A stretch of 61,137 bases of DNA, the filler included, from Dimargaris cristalligena (lineage: Eukaryota): NCBI GenBank assembly GCA_003614675.1. It is 6 parts of 6 records of this genome, joined end to end, with 100 filler letters (N's around TTAATTAATTAA, not from the genome) between each part and the next. Parts side by side here need not be neighbours in the genome. Positions count along the whole stretch, not along the records: positions 51,083 to 61,137 come from ML003208.1; 5 more parts are not named here. One strand, 5' to 3'. This document shows positions 51,083 to 61,137 of the stretch, in pieces (position 1 is the first letter of the stretch; every line of letters starts with the position of its first letter). Under the pieces are notes generated by a model. It had not been told where the DNA came from, did not search any database, and worked only from the letters and a program-made list of their open reading frames with translations. The translations under genes and the position numbers were made by a program.

Positions 51083-53070
51083 GAGTTCCCAGACAATAAT
51101 ATTAGTCATCACAAAGGATAGGTAATACTTGGGTAACCAATAAATTCAATATAAAATAATAGAAGGGAAAAAGGGAAAAAGGGAAAAAGGGAAAAAGGGA
51201 AAAAGAGAAAGCTGTTTTTAACTGTACTTTATGTAGGGGTGCAGTCAGGCCAGGGGCAGTGTGTATGCAGGAGTACAGTCCAGTCAGGGGTAGGGGCAGG
51301 GGCCCATTTACTTGTTAGGGGCATACTTCCGATAAGTACAAAAAATAGATAAAAAATAAAAGTAGGTAAAAATGTGGTAAGTTCACTATACTAACCAATA
51401 AAGGCCTAAGTAATGAGTTTATGTAAGGGATGTGCAGCGGGCACCCTTATGGGTCAGTACAAGGGGGCAAGTGTATATAGAGTGTATTTGGGTAAACTAG
51501 GGGGTAAGAATAAGCTAAAGAATCTAACTGGTCCCAATGGGGCCCAGTTATATATATATGGGGGAAAACTCCAGAGGGAGGTCCCTGGGGGGAGGTACTA
51601 CTAAGGCTAATGATATAATGAATAAGCCAACCGGATGGCCAAAGGACCTGGAAGACTCTAATGGTAACTGGAAGAGTCTTTGGGATTAGCAATTGAGTGA
51701 TTAGTGTGACAAGGCAAAGTCTGGAAGGGGAAGGGCTATATGATATAGGAGAATCCCATAGTACTGGGGGTGACTATGGAAAGGTTGATATGACACTATA
51801 AGGCCTAATAAGGGTAGTCAGCCTAGTCCTGATTAAGGTGGATTAGAAGGGCCAACATCTATTAAACTGAATAGGTATATGGAAAACAACTTACTTTCTT
51901 GATTATGTTGGAAATTCATTTCCCCCATCCCACTGATTACATCTCTCTGATTGGTTTATCCTATACTCAGGACTTCATCCTAAACATAATTACTACTATT
52001 TCTAACTCAATAAAACCAACTGCGGGCATCTGGCTTTACCCCTTGTGGTTCTTTCTGTCTTCTTTAAAATTATTTTAGTTGTATCTAAAGGTACTTGCAT
52101 TTACCATTAAATTTATCATTTTAATACTGTTAACTACACACTATCACTATAATCTCATATAGTTTTTATTGTTTCACATCTGTGTCTCCTTCATGTGCCA
52201 CCATACTCACACTTGTATCTCTACTCCCCAGTCCATTTATAAATATATAAATATATTTTAGTTGCCAGATATAAATGGGTCCATTTTATACCCCTATTGT
52301 ACACCCCTCCCCTTTCCATCATGAAGTCCATTATCTTTCCCCCTTTGACTTAGTGGAGGCTGTCATCACTGTTGCTATAGCCATTGCTCTGGCTAATATT
52401 TCCATTGCAATGCCAGAAGTTTCCTATGGGGCCATTCCCCCTCCTGGTGGGCCCACTTTTAATACAAAAGGCTCAATTAACCCCATCATTAGGCAATGTC
52501 TATGTATTTCCCCTCCACATATTCACCAACTGCCTAGATTGGGCCATCTTCTTTGGCAAAGTTCACCTTTTTTAAAAATGAGCTTTATTAGGCTGTTTGT
52601 GTTAGAAATCACCTGATCTATTGTGATTCTTATTCAGCTCTTGAGAGTACTGTTTTATTCACTTTACAATGACCACATCCCCTTCTGGCTATTGGTACAT
52701 CCTCTATTCAATAAAACAACTCAACTGGAGTTGTTGTTTTCTCTTTGTGGCTTTCTTCCTTATGCATTACTATTTTTCTTAGTGATATTTTCCTCATACA
52801 ATAAAGCTAGTGGTTTTCATTTATTTTTTTATTCATTTCAAACTTTCTAACAGTTTGGGGTGCAATCATTTTTTATGACACTCCCCACAGAGGCTGTATG
52901 GATACATCTTAAGACATACCCTATCAAACTCCTTGATATTCTTGCTCCATTTTGTATTATTATTGGCATTTTTTTTTGGGCATAGGCAATACACACCTCC
53001 CCAAATACAACCCAAAGTATTATACCAATAAATAGTACATTTCATAAACTCAAACATGCCCCAATTTGTT
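51083..53070. mobile_element. CpG-depleted, stop-riddled probable transposon relic (family not identifiable)
   Basis: Only 4 CG dinucleotides counted by eye in ~2 kb while GC dinucleotides are common; no intact ORF; (AGGGAAAA)n array near 51164-51205. Confidence 0.45.
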
Positions 53071-54001
53071 GGCATTGCGCTAATGGTGATGGATTTATGT
53101 GCCTGAAATAATCTACCATTAGAATACCAGTAAATTCTTAATTTATCCCCCGAAAGGGGTATTTATTGTGTTGTTGATATACCAATAAACGTATTGCTAC
53201 CCTAAGAATAGTGACCATGCAGGTCTTAATTATATTGCAATAATTATTAGGATACTATTAGTGGGTAATTATTTTTATGTAGGGCATTTTGAACAGGAGA
53301 CAAACCTACCCCCTATAGAAAGTAAGTATACTGGTAAGACAGGTGTTGGGTAGGCCAGTATATTTTTTTAATATATTGCAGTCTTTGTGATATGACAAAG
53401 GTAACACTGGAAGGAGTAGCCCCCCTTTTCCCTGTGTGGGTTCTTCCAACGGTGGGTAAATTCGGCTATTGTATTGAGAATAGGTGTTACGGGGCTGAAT
53501 TGTCCGACTTCCACATTAACATGAGTTCAGCAGAATTGTTGGTTAGGTGACAGATATATAATGGTGGTTGTACGAGCTTGCTTTCCATAATCGGATCGAG
53601 GGACCATTGGAGAACATAACAGGAAGGGTTTAGGGTATGGAAGTAAAGTCGAAAGAGGTGGTTCAACACTCCGATAACCCAACCAGCATGAAAATCAGTT
53701 GAATGGTCGACCACGTCGGCGATACTGCCTATCTTCCTATTTCCCGAGATAACACCAGGCGGCTGGGTCAGATAGCTTATATAAATGCAGGTACCAAGTC
53801 GCTCGTTTACCTCCCTATAGTTCTCATGATTCTTCTGCAACCAAAGTTTTTATTTTCATTAGCATATATTTTTATATGAGATATACTGATATAGTTATCT
53901 ATTTTGTGCTAACCACATTAGCCATCTGTATAAAAGCAACACTTGCCTTACTCTATTAAAAGAATCATTGCCACAGTCTTGACCTTGTGTTTTATATCAT
54001 A

Positions 54002-54745
54002 ATGGGCTTAGCTATCCGAATTGGTCTATTGGTGCTGCTACTAAGTGGAGGTATCTCGCGTTCATCCACCGGGACGGTTCCCATCCACGGAGACGTCTCC
54101 TACAGGCATGGGCCCCCACCCCCAACTGACGCCGACTACCGCGCCCACCCAATGAGCCTAGACTCCTTGATCAACGATTTCCACCAGCGCCAAAGGTCGT
54201 TGTCATCGCCACCATCGCCGTTGGAGTCGTTACCACCGTCGACTTCGTGGTTACCCTGGTCTCCCCATCCCGAGGCCATCTGGACCAGTCCAGGACACAC
54301 GGAGGCGGTAAAAGGAGTGATGGATATCAGTTCCCTCCTCAACGAACCTGACCCAACAGGTGAGGAAGGTGAATCCGACGAGCCCTACCCTGAATTCCCC
54401 ACCGATGTCCCAGGGTCTCCCTCTCCCCAAATCTCCACCGCGGACGACCAAATTGAATCGCCGCCCCTAAACGGCGGCGACTTACTACTAACCCATCCGT
54501 TCCACTATTCACCCCCACCAGACGAGAGTAACGATCCCCACTTAGTGACGGGCCACGCGTCGAACTGGGAGGGTTTTATTCCAACTCTGCGATCATATCC
54601 TTCCTCCTACTCCCCTTCCATCATCGGCGGAAATGCGCCCCCATCGCCCCTGCTTGACCGGACTCGCCAGCTTCCTTTGCCTCTTCCAATCCCTTTCTCC
54701 CGCCGAGATAGGCCAGGTCATCACCAGTCTGACGACCCTATCTAA
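54002..54745 (+). CDS. Orphan secreted, Pro/Ser-rich disordered protein (candidate effector), 247 aa
   Basis: MGLAIRIGLLVLLLSGGISRS signal-like N-terminus; TATAAAA at ~53929; motifs MSLDSLIN and MDISSLLN. Confidence 0.65.
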   Translation: MGLAIRIGLLVLLLSGGISRSSTGTVPIHGDVSYRHGPPPPTDADYRAHPMSLDSLINDFHQRQRSLSSPPSPLESLPPSTSWLPWSPHPEAIWTSPGHTEAVKGVMDISSLLNEPDPTGEEGESDEPYPEFPTDVPGSPSPQISTADDQIESPPLNGGDLLLTHPFHYSPPPDESNDPHLVTGHASNWEGFIPTLRSYPSSYSPSIIGGNAPPSPLLDRTRQLPLPLPIPFSRRDRPGHHQSDDPI

Positions 54746-54893
54746 TCACCACAGGATGCACTTAACCAACCAAAGAAAACTCTGTTAATGATGCCGGAGA
54801 TGCTATCCTAACCCTAATAAGACGAGTCGCCATATAAATCCCTGGTTTGTTTCTCCAACTCGTCCTCCTCATGACGCTGATTCATTTTCATAT

Positions 54894-55029
54894 GGGTGAA
54901 GTTCAGCTCAATTGTATAAGGTTTTACCTAATAAGCGTATGGGGAAATCGATGGGATGTTTCTTTTCAACCAGTAATATTTGCCTCATCAAATGGATTTT
55001 TTGTTATACAGCCTTATTGAACTACTCCC
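54894..55029 (+). mobile_element. MITE family copy 6 (136 bp)
   Basis: ATAT|GGGTGAAGTTCAGCTC...TTGAACTACTCCC|ATAT. Confidence 0.88.
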
Positions 55030-57073
55030 ATATTTTCTATCCACTATATCTAAATTAGCCAACTTTATAGCCTCTTGCAGTTATCTTCTCCATTTATATA
55101 TAAAGTATCGAAACAACGTCAGATATTTTGTCTAACTAGCACTATTTCTATTTCTAAATAAATGAATAAAGAAACCACATTGTGCTATCCCCCCACGTCT
55201 CGCCTGGCTCCCCACTGTAGACTCCAATACAGTCCAACAGCCCTAATGCTCTAGCAATTGGGCAAACCTGCAAGACCCATGGAGGGGAACAGGGGCTGTG
55301 GTGTATGCGACCTTAAGCCTCGTGGCGGGTATCCAAGTTACCCCAAAGGTATTGAGAAATATGTTTCTATGGGTAGATTATTTTCGCCTGTTTCTGATCA
55401 ATTATGATAATTCATTTAGCTACAATATAGTCTTTAAGTTTAATCACTTTTAATACTATAGTCGGCAGTGAACATTTTATGTTATGGTGCTCATTTTTAC
55501 ACAAACATATGTATTTAACTCTGCCACAATAGTATGTCTGGTTTAATTTGATTAGTTAAAAATGCAAGACAAACTATTAACAGGATTAACCACAAAAGTG
55601 GATCACAGAGTTTGCCTTGGGAAGTGTAAGACTGGAAAAGGCATATCAGACATGAAGCCCGCTTGATGACATAAGCTATGATTCTGGGGGCACTATTTGT
55701 CAGGGCGATATTATTAATAGTAATGCCCGCCCAAAGCCATAGACATCTTATATTATAATTAGGTATTTGGAAAATTACTACCATCATATCCTATACATCT
55801 GTGAGTGGTTTCAAAGTAAAATATCATGGCCATTCTTACATTCTTTATAGAACTAATGCAAAGTTTGAGGTGAAGGAACATACATGTTTAGGTTAACGCT
55901 TAGTGCTCCCTAGACACAAAAGAATTCAAGCAGGGATGGTTTACAAGTGCAACTAGGATAAGTGCACCAGTGGTTAAGGCTGGCTCAATGTCGCTATACT
56001 GCTGGAATAGCCCATCGCCAATACTAACAGTTGGCTAAAATAATAAGATACAAGAACGCGACAATTCCTTACATTTTACGTTAACAGACAGTCGAATGAT
56101 ATCTGACCTGGTTCTTTACAATAACACCTCTGTCTTTGCAAAGCTGCACGCTTCATATGTGTCCGTACACCAGAATATTTTAGAAGCCATTGGTGAAGTA
56201 TCAGTTCGTACAAGGCATAATGCACTTGATATATGGTCCCCCGATTGAGATTATATCCATTTAAAGTAATCCTTAATGTGTAAACAGTGTTGGTGAAAAA
56301 AAGTCGAACTATAGGGTCGTATTATGCGCGTGTGTGTGTATTGGATACAGACTCCTAGATTGAATGAATTTTCAACTGGTCAAGCGTTACCTTGTCGCAA
56401 ATGAATAGCTACTAGAATTACATACTTGGGAGCACTATGGGGTTAGTCCGTGACTCTATGTGTAGAAAAATAAATGTAATTATGCTTGAACTTCCCGTAT
56501 ATATAAGCACCTCACTCCCGCCATTATATGGCCACTTGTTACACTGGTATATCCAACTCCAACTTGAATTCCTCCGTGGTGGCTCGCACTTCTCTCTCCC
56601 TTTCTGCCCCAGCCCATATTCGCTCTTTTCCCATGCTCCTTTCAACAAACAGCATATGTCCCTCTTTTTTTGGTGACTGGTACTGCATATGCGTATGTCC
56701 AGGCTTTTAAATACCCACTTTTTACTGAGTACCCAACAGTACTCATTAAAACCCATACTACACATTAGTTAAACTGGCAGTTCGACTTTGGTTTCCAATA
56801 AAAAAGCGGTTGAGGAGGATAGGACGCCTAGCTAAGCTTAGCATAAGGAAAACTGGTAAAAACGAGATATTCCTCGTTTCGGGAGGCTTGGCATTAAACC
56901 AAACCCCGAAGCAATAATTATTCTAAGAACAGGTGGTCAGTCGACCCCCTTTTCATCCGATATTGGCCATCTTAGGCTGTACCGTTTCTGTTAAACTCTA
57001 TCGATAGCTCGGACCTCTCTAGAGAGCGGGAAATGGCGAGTCTCTAAACTAAATACATGCATATGTAAAATAT

Positions 57074-57213
57074 GGGTGGAATTGAGCCCAGCTATATAGG
57101 GATATAAATGATATGTGTATGGAAATATAGATGGCTGTTTTATTTTTAGTCAACCACATTTGCCCAACACTGCACATAGCTTTTTTATTATACAGCCCGG
57201 TCAAGCCTCCCCT
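57074..57213 (+). mobile_element. MITE family copy 7 (degenerate right end)
   Basis: ATAT|GGGTGGAATTGAGCCCAGCTATATAGG..ATATGTGTATGG..TTATACAGCC aligns with the family. Confidence 0.7.
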
Positions 57214-57836
57214 CCCCCTTGCCTTAAAGCAAGGCATACTATGGGTGGACATTGGACTTCCCTACAAAGGCGGTAAAATTGGTTGGTCTGTATGAAATCG
57301 ATAAAGGGAACTCGATACCGACTTTAATGTGATACGCTTGGCTGCGCTTCTGTTTAGCGATTTGTTTATTTTTTCAAGTGTGAATTAACCGCGAATTCGT
57401 AATTGTGGGGGTCCCTTACAAGTACTGGGTTAAATATGGAGCCATTTCCAACGGATAGAATGGCCACCTGCCTAAGGACATTATTTAGCCCCATAAAAAT
57501 ATCCCTGGAGATGTAGGGAAAATGAGAGGCGGCCAACCGAAAAGATTATATAATACCCCATTCCCTTCTTCATATTGGCTACCAACAGGCCGAACTTCTC
57601 TCCAGTTTCCATCTTCCTTAAACTTGCTCTATCCCTTATTTATTTAATAGCTTATAGCCGACGTTTGGCCCAAGCTTACCTCACACACGCCAGTGTTCCT
57701 GTATTAGTCCCAATAGCCCTTGCTATCGATAGGCAGTTTTAGGTGGTTCACTTCATATTGTGGTAACCCCGGCCTGATAGTTTTTCTACTAACCAACTCC
57801 TTCCTCGTATATCCACCCACCTCAACTATTCTCACC

Positions 57837-59413
57837 ATGGCGTTACCCCCCACTCGTCTGACCACCCTGGCCCTAGTCTGGCTCTTGGCTGCCGAAAAGG
57901 GTTCTGCCTATCCTACGTCTAACCTAGGTACCACCGACAATGCCCTCATGGACATGAGCCAACCATCCTATTCTTTCAATGGCCCCGCGGCTGACAATTA
58001 TTGCCAACCCCTTTCACCGGGTGAATATTCCATGAGTGAACACCCCCACTCCCAAGAAGACTGGGAATGGGATCCAAGCGGTTACTCCGGTTTCACCAGC
58101 CACGGTGAACAATTCGACGTCTCGGACAACTCTTTACTAAGGAGGATCGTGGACGGAACATACCCAGATACTGACTATAATGACCATTCGGTGAGTTCGC
58201 CTGCTCCGCCAGTGGATTTCTCGAACAACCCTCTTCTGAAGGGTATCGTGGACGGAATGCAGTCCGATGCCGGTTATAATGACCATTCAGCAGATTCATT
58301 TGCTCCATTGGGAGTTGGGAATAGTTATCCTGCGGGGGAGTCTGGCGGTGTTTACCCTACTGGGAATGATAGCTTCACAGACAACGCTCCTGCAATGATG
58401 GGTTTTCGTACGCCCAACCAAGTCAACTGGGGTACGGATAAAACCCCCGCCCATAAGAGGCGACTATCCCAACACCCTAGCGACGAGACCAGTCGCTTGG
58501 CCAATTACGACAATTCGCCCAGCGCAAATCCGCGGGTTCCGGCGACCCTAATTGGGCCAGATGAAAGTTCACCGGCCCCTCAGCAACCGCGTCCTTCTAA
58601 TAGAGTGTCTCGCACGAATCATTCAAAAGCTTTACAATCCAGCCCGGTTGACTCAAATAAATATTTGAAAGTGCAGGCCGAAATTAAAGAAATCAACGAC
58701 TTATCGGATGCTCGCAGCATTTGTGAGGGTCACTCGAAGATTGCCTTCAGAGAGGTTGCCGAACGCCAAAGTTCGTCGGACGCGTGGTCCACCGCCCCCC
58801 TGCCCAATATGGGCGAGGCGGAGGTCAATTCCCAATGTGCGGAATGGGGGGAAGACATCTGTACCGAAATTAACGGGATTATTGCTAAAGTTTATTTTCG
58901 AATGTCTAAATATCCAACGTATAAAGTGAATAGAGCGACACTTACTACCACTACTACCCTTCGCCTTTCGGGAAGGGTTAAAACCCTGTTTACCAAAAAA
59001 GGATTTGGCAGAAGTTCACCCAGGCTGTATAACGAAACATCCATTTGATGAGGTAAATATTACTGGTCAAAAGTTATTATCCCATACACAAATTGTGTAA
59101 AATCTTATACAGTTGGGTTGAAGTTCACCCATTTTCTCTGAAAATACCATTGCTAATCTACGGATTGTCCTACGATATTGAGAACCAAACCATGGGGGTG
59201 AAATTCTTTACGGGGCCCGGGGGCTATGACTGTGAGGGGTTGGTTAATTCTGAGCCAATCCTAGGTGCATCTCCGCGGTTCTCGGCAATTGCATTACCTA
59301 AAAATCCGGACTTGTTAGGCAATCCCGAAACTCTAGAAAAGGTATTGCAGATGATTCAAACCAAGGCGACCATTAAAATGAATGATTTTATGAAAAATTA
59401 TGTTATTTCCTAA
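57837..59413 (+). CDS. Orphan secreted protein (~482 aa reconstructed) interrupted by a MITE at 59007-59130
   Basis: MALPPTRLTTLALVWLLAAEKGSA-YP signal-like N-terminus; 33-aa tandem repeat; ORFs 57720-59048 and 59093-59413 join in frame when the MITE plus one TSD is removed. Confidence 0.65.
59007..59130 (-). mobile_element. MITE family copy 8 (124 bp, internal deletion)
   Basis: ATTT|GGCAGAAGTTCACCCAGGCTGTATAAC...GAAGTTCACCC|ATTT. Confidence 0.85.
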
Positions 59414-60137
59414 ACACGCCTTGTTACTTTTTATATACCCTACTATGCAGTAATTGTATGATTATCAGGACACCTACGTTTTGAATTATTATACGATTTC
59501 TTTCACGTTAAATAGTATTTTAGTATTATGTTTTATATTTAAATAATGAGACGATATCCCCCCTTTTAGAGGGGACCCCGCCTTTATTGCCCAACGATAA
59601 TAGTGCAATATAAGGGTGGTCGGCCTTGCAGACCACCCTCTTTCCCTTACCTTTTCTCTTTATTCCCTTTTATACTGTTTTCTCTTTTAGCCACATCTCC
59701 GCGACCAGTTTACCGATCCCCCTCTATTATGTATCGAAATTGGTTCAATAAATTGTCGTGCAGGCAATAAAATGGGTTTATTCCAATAATATGTATATGG
59801 CACATCGTTGAAAGGTTTCATTGGGATTAGGGGATGTATTGGATATGTTCGATTTACATCTAATAAAAAGCCAAGAATGAAACCTATTCGGAAAGATCCC
59901 CTGTTATAATGAATTGATTCTTCTCCACCCATACATCCCCCTGTACACCAACTATCTCAATGGATATTGCACCCTAATAACACGCAGGTTCTATTCATGC
60001 CAACCCATTTGGGAGTACATTACCTACTCATTCGATAGTGTCCACTTCCCCGCCCCCCAATATACTAGGGGCTCCCATAGTCCCCTCCATTTTAGTTTCA
60101 CCCCTACTTATTTATCTCCATTGTCCTCTTCGTCACC

Positions 60138-61137
60138 ATGTTGAGGCATACTGTTCAACCACTCCGCCTCTCTCTGGCCCCCCGCCTACTCCAGCGCACG
60201 CTGACCAGCTCCCGTCCCGTTTCCCGCCAGCCCACCAGCCCCTCCCTCCTGATCTTCGACCGCGAACACAAACGGTTGCAGAAAGACCGGGCCGCGGCCG
60301 ATCCCACCAGCAGTCGTGAAGTGGATTACCTCCGCGACGAAGTGGCCCGCCAATTAGTCGACCGGTTACGGGATATTAAGCGCCGGTTTCCTACCCTAGT
60401 GGAACTGGGCGCCCATAGTGGGCATTTGCGGCGCCATGTGAACCGCGACTTAACCGACCGGATCGTGCAATGCGACTTATCCTCCGGTATCTTGTACCGG
60501 GACCAGCATGAACCAGCATCCGGCCCGGCTTCGGCGAGCACCGCCCCCTTTGACCGTAACGGTGGCGAAACCGAAGTCGAAACCAATGCCTCGTCCGACC
60601 TACTTACGGACATTCCCGAAGATTCCCGTCCGGTGGATTTAGAGTACCGCGTTGTCGACGAGGAAGACAATCCCTTCCCTGAGAATTCCCTCGATGCCGT
60701 CGTGAGTAATCTCTCCCTCCACTGGGTCAATGACCTCCCGGGTGCCCTGATCCAAATCCGGCGTTCGCTGGTGCCAGACGGGATGTTTTTAGGGGCCATG
60801 GTTGGCGGGGATTCCCTGTTTGAACTCCGCACCTCCCTCCAACTGGCCGAACTGGAACGTGAAGGAGGCATGTCCCCGCGGGTATCCCCCATGACCGACC
60901 CCCGGGATATGTCCGATTTGTTGGCTAGGGCGGGGTTCGCCTTAACCACCGTGGATGTGGATGAAATCGTGGTGAATTACCCGTCCGCTTTGCACGTCAT
61001 GCAGGATCTGCGCGCCATGGGCGAAAGTAACGCGATTATCCGGCGCCGCCCGTACCTACCGCGGGATACGCTCATGGCCGCGACGAGTATTTACCAGGCG
61101 TTACATGGTAATGAGGATGGTACGGTACCCGCCATTT
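60138..61137 (+). CDS. NDUFAF5: Mitochondrial complex I assembly factor NDUFAF5 (SAM-methyltransferase fold), 3' truncated
   Basis: Absent from the ORF track (no stop in window); Arg-rich presequence MLRHTVQPLRLSLAPRLLQR; IFDREHKRLQKDRAA, DYLRDEVA, NLSLHWVNDLPG, ELRTSLQLAELEREGGMSPRVSP, DLRAMGESNA. Confidence 0.95.
   Translation, partial: MLRHTVQPLRLSLAPRLLQRTLTSSRPVSRQPTSPSLLIFDREHKRLQKDRAAADPTSSREVDYLRDEVARQLVDRLRDIKRRFPTLVELGAHSGHLRRHVNRDLTDRIVQCDLSSGILYRDQHEPASGPASASTAPFDRNGGETEVETNASSDLLTDIPEDSRPVDLEYRVVDEEDNPFPENSLDAVVSNLSLHWVNDLPGALIQIRRSLVPDGMFLGAMVGGDSLFELRTSLQLAELEREGGMSPRVSPMTDPRDMSDLLARAGFALTTVDVDEIVVNYPSALHVMQDLRAMGESNAIIRRRPYLPRDTLMAATSIYQALHGNEDGTVPAI

Noticed and set aside
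52660-52690. GDVVIVK-like retroelement integrase C-terminal motif on the minus strand
   Set aside because: Too short and surrounded by stops; no other RT/IN motifs, so the family is left unassigned.
56290-56410. Possible ninth, highly decayed MITE copy
   Set aside because: Only patchy similarity; no recognisable ends or TSD.
60326-60949. 207-aa minus-strand ORF, and similar antisense ORFs over RPT2, arrestin and CSC1
   Set aside because: Shadow ORFs of GC3-rich coding sequence on the opposite strand.

Overview
Eukaryotic DNA from an intron-containing fungus. Gene content and intron style suggest an early-diverging, Zoopagomycota/Dimargaris-like lineage; this is an impression, not verified. 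The window is not one locus: it is six ~10 kb contigs in decreasing size order, joined by artificial N44-TTAATTAATTAA-N44 spacers. Conserved genes: RPT2, RQT4/TRIP4, an aldo-keto reductase, CCC1, JMJD4, a tandem-PH (Opy1-like) protein, an alpha-arrestin (truncated), an HSF-type transcription factor, a CSC1/OSCA channel and NDUFAF5 (truncated). Accessory DNA holds orphan secreted-protein genes, small or decayed CCHC zinc-finger genes and strongly CpG-depleted tracts. The most notable unannotated element is a ~136-bp MITE family with 8 copies on 4 contigs, GGG..CCC ends and a 4-bp AWWT target duplication; removing one copy rejoins two ORFs into a single secreted-protein gene. Other leads are a secreted orphan with two Tup1-binding-like IxxLLN motifs and a multi-hairpin candidate ncRNA upstream of RPT2.
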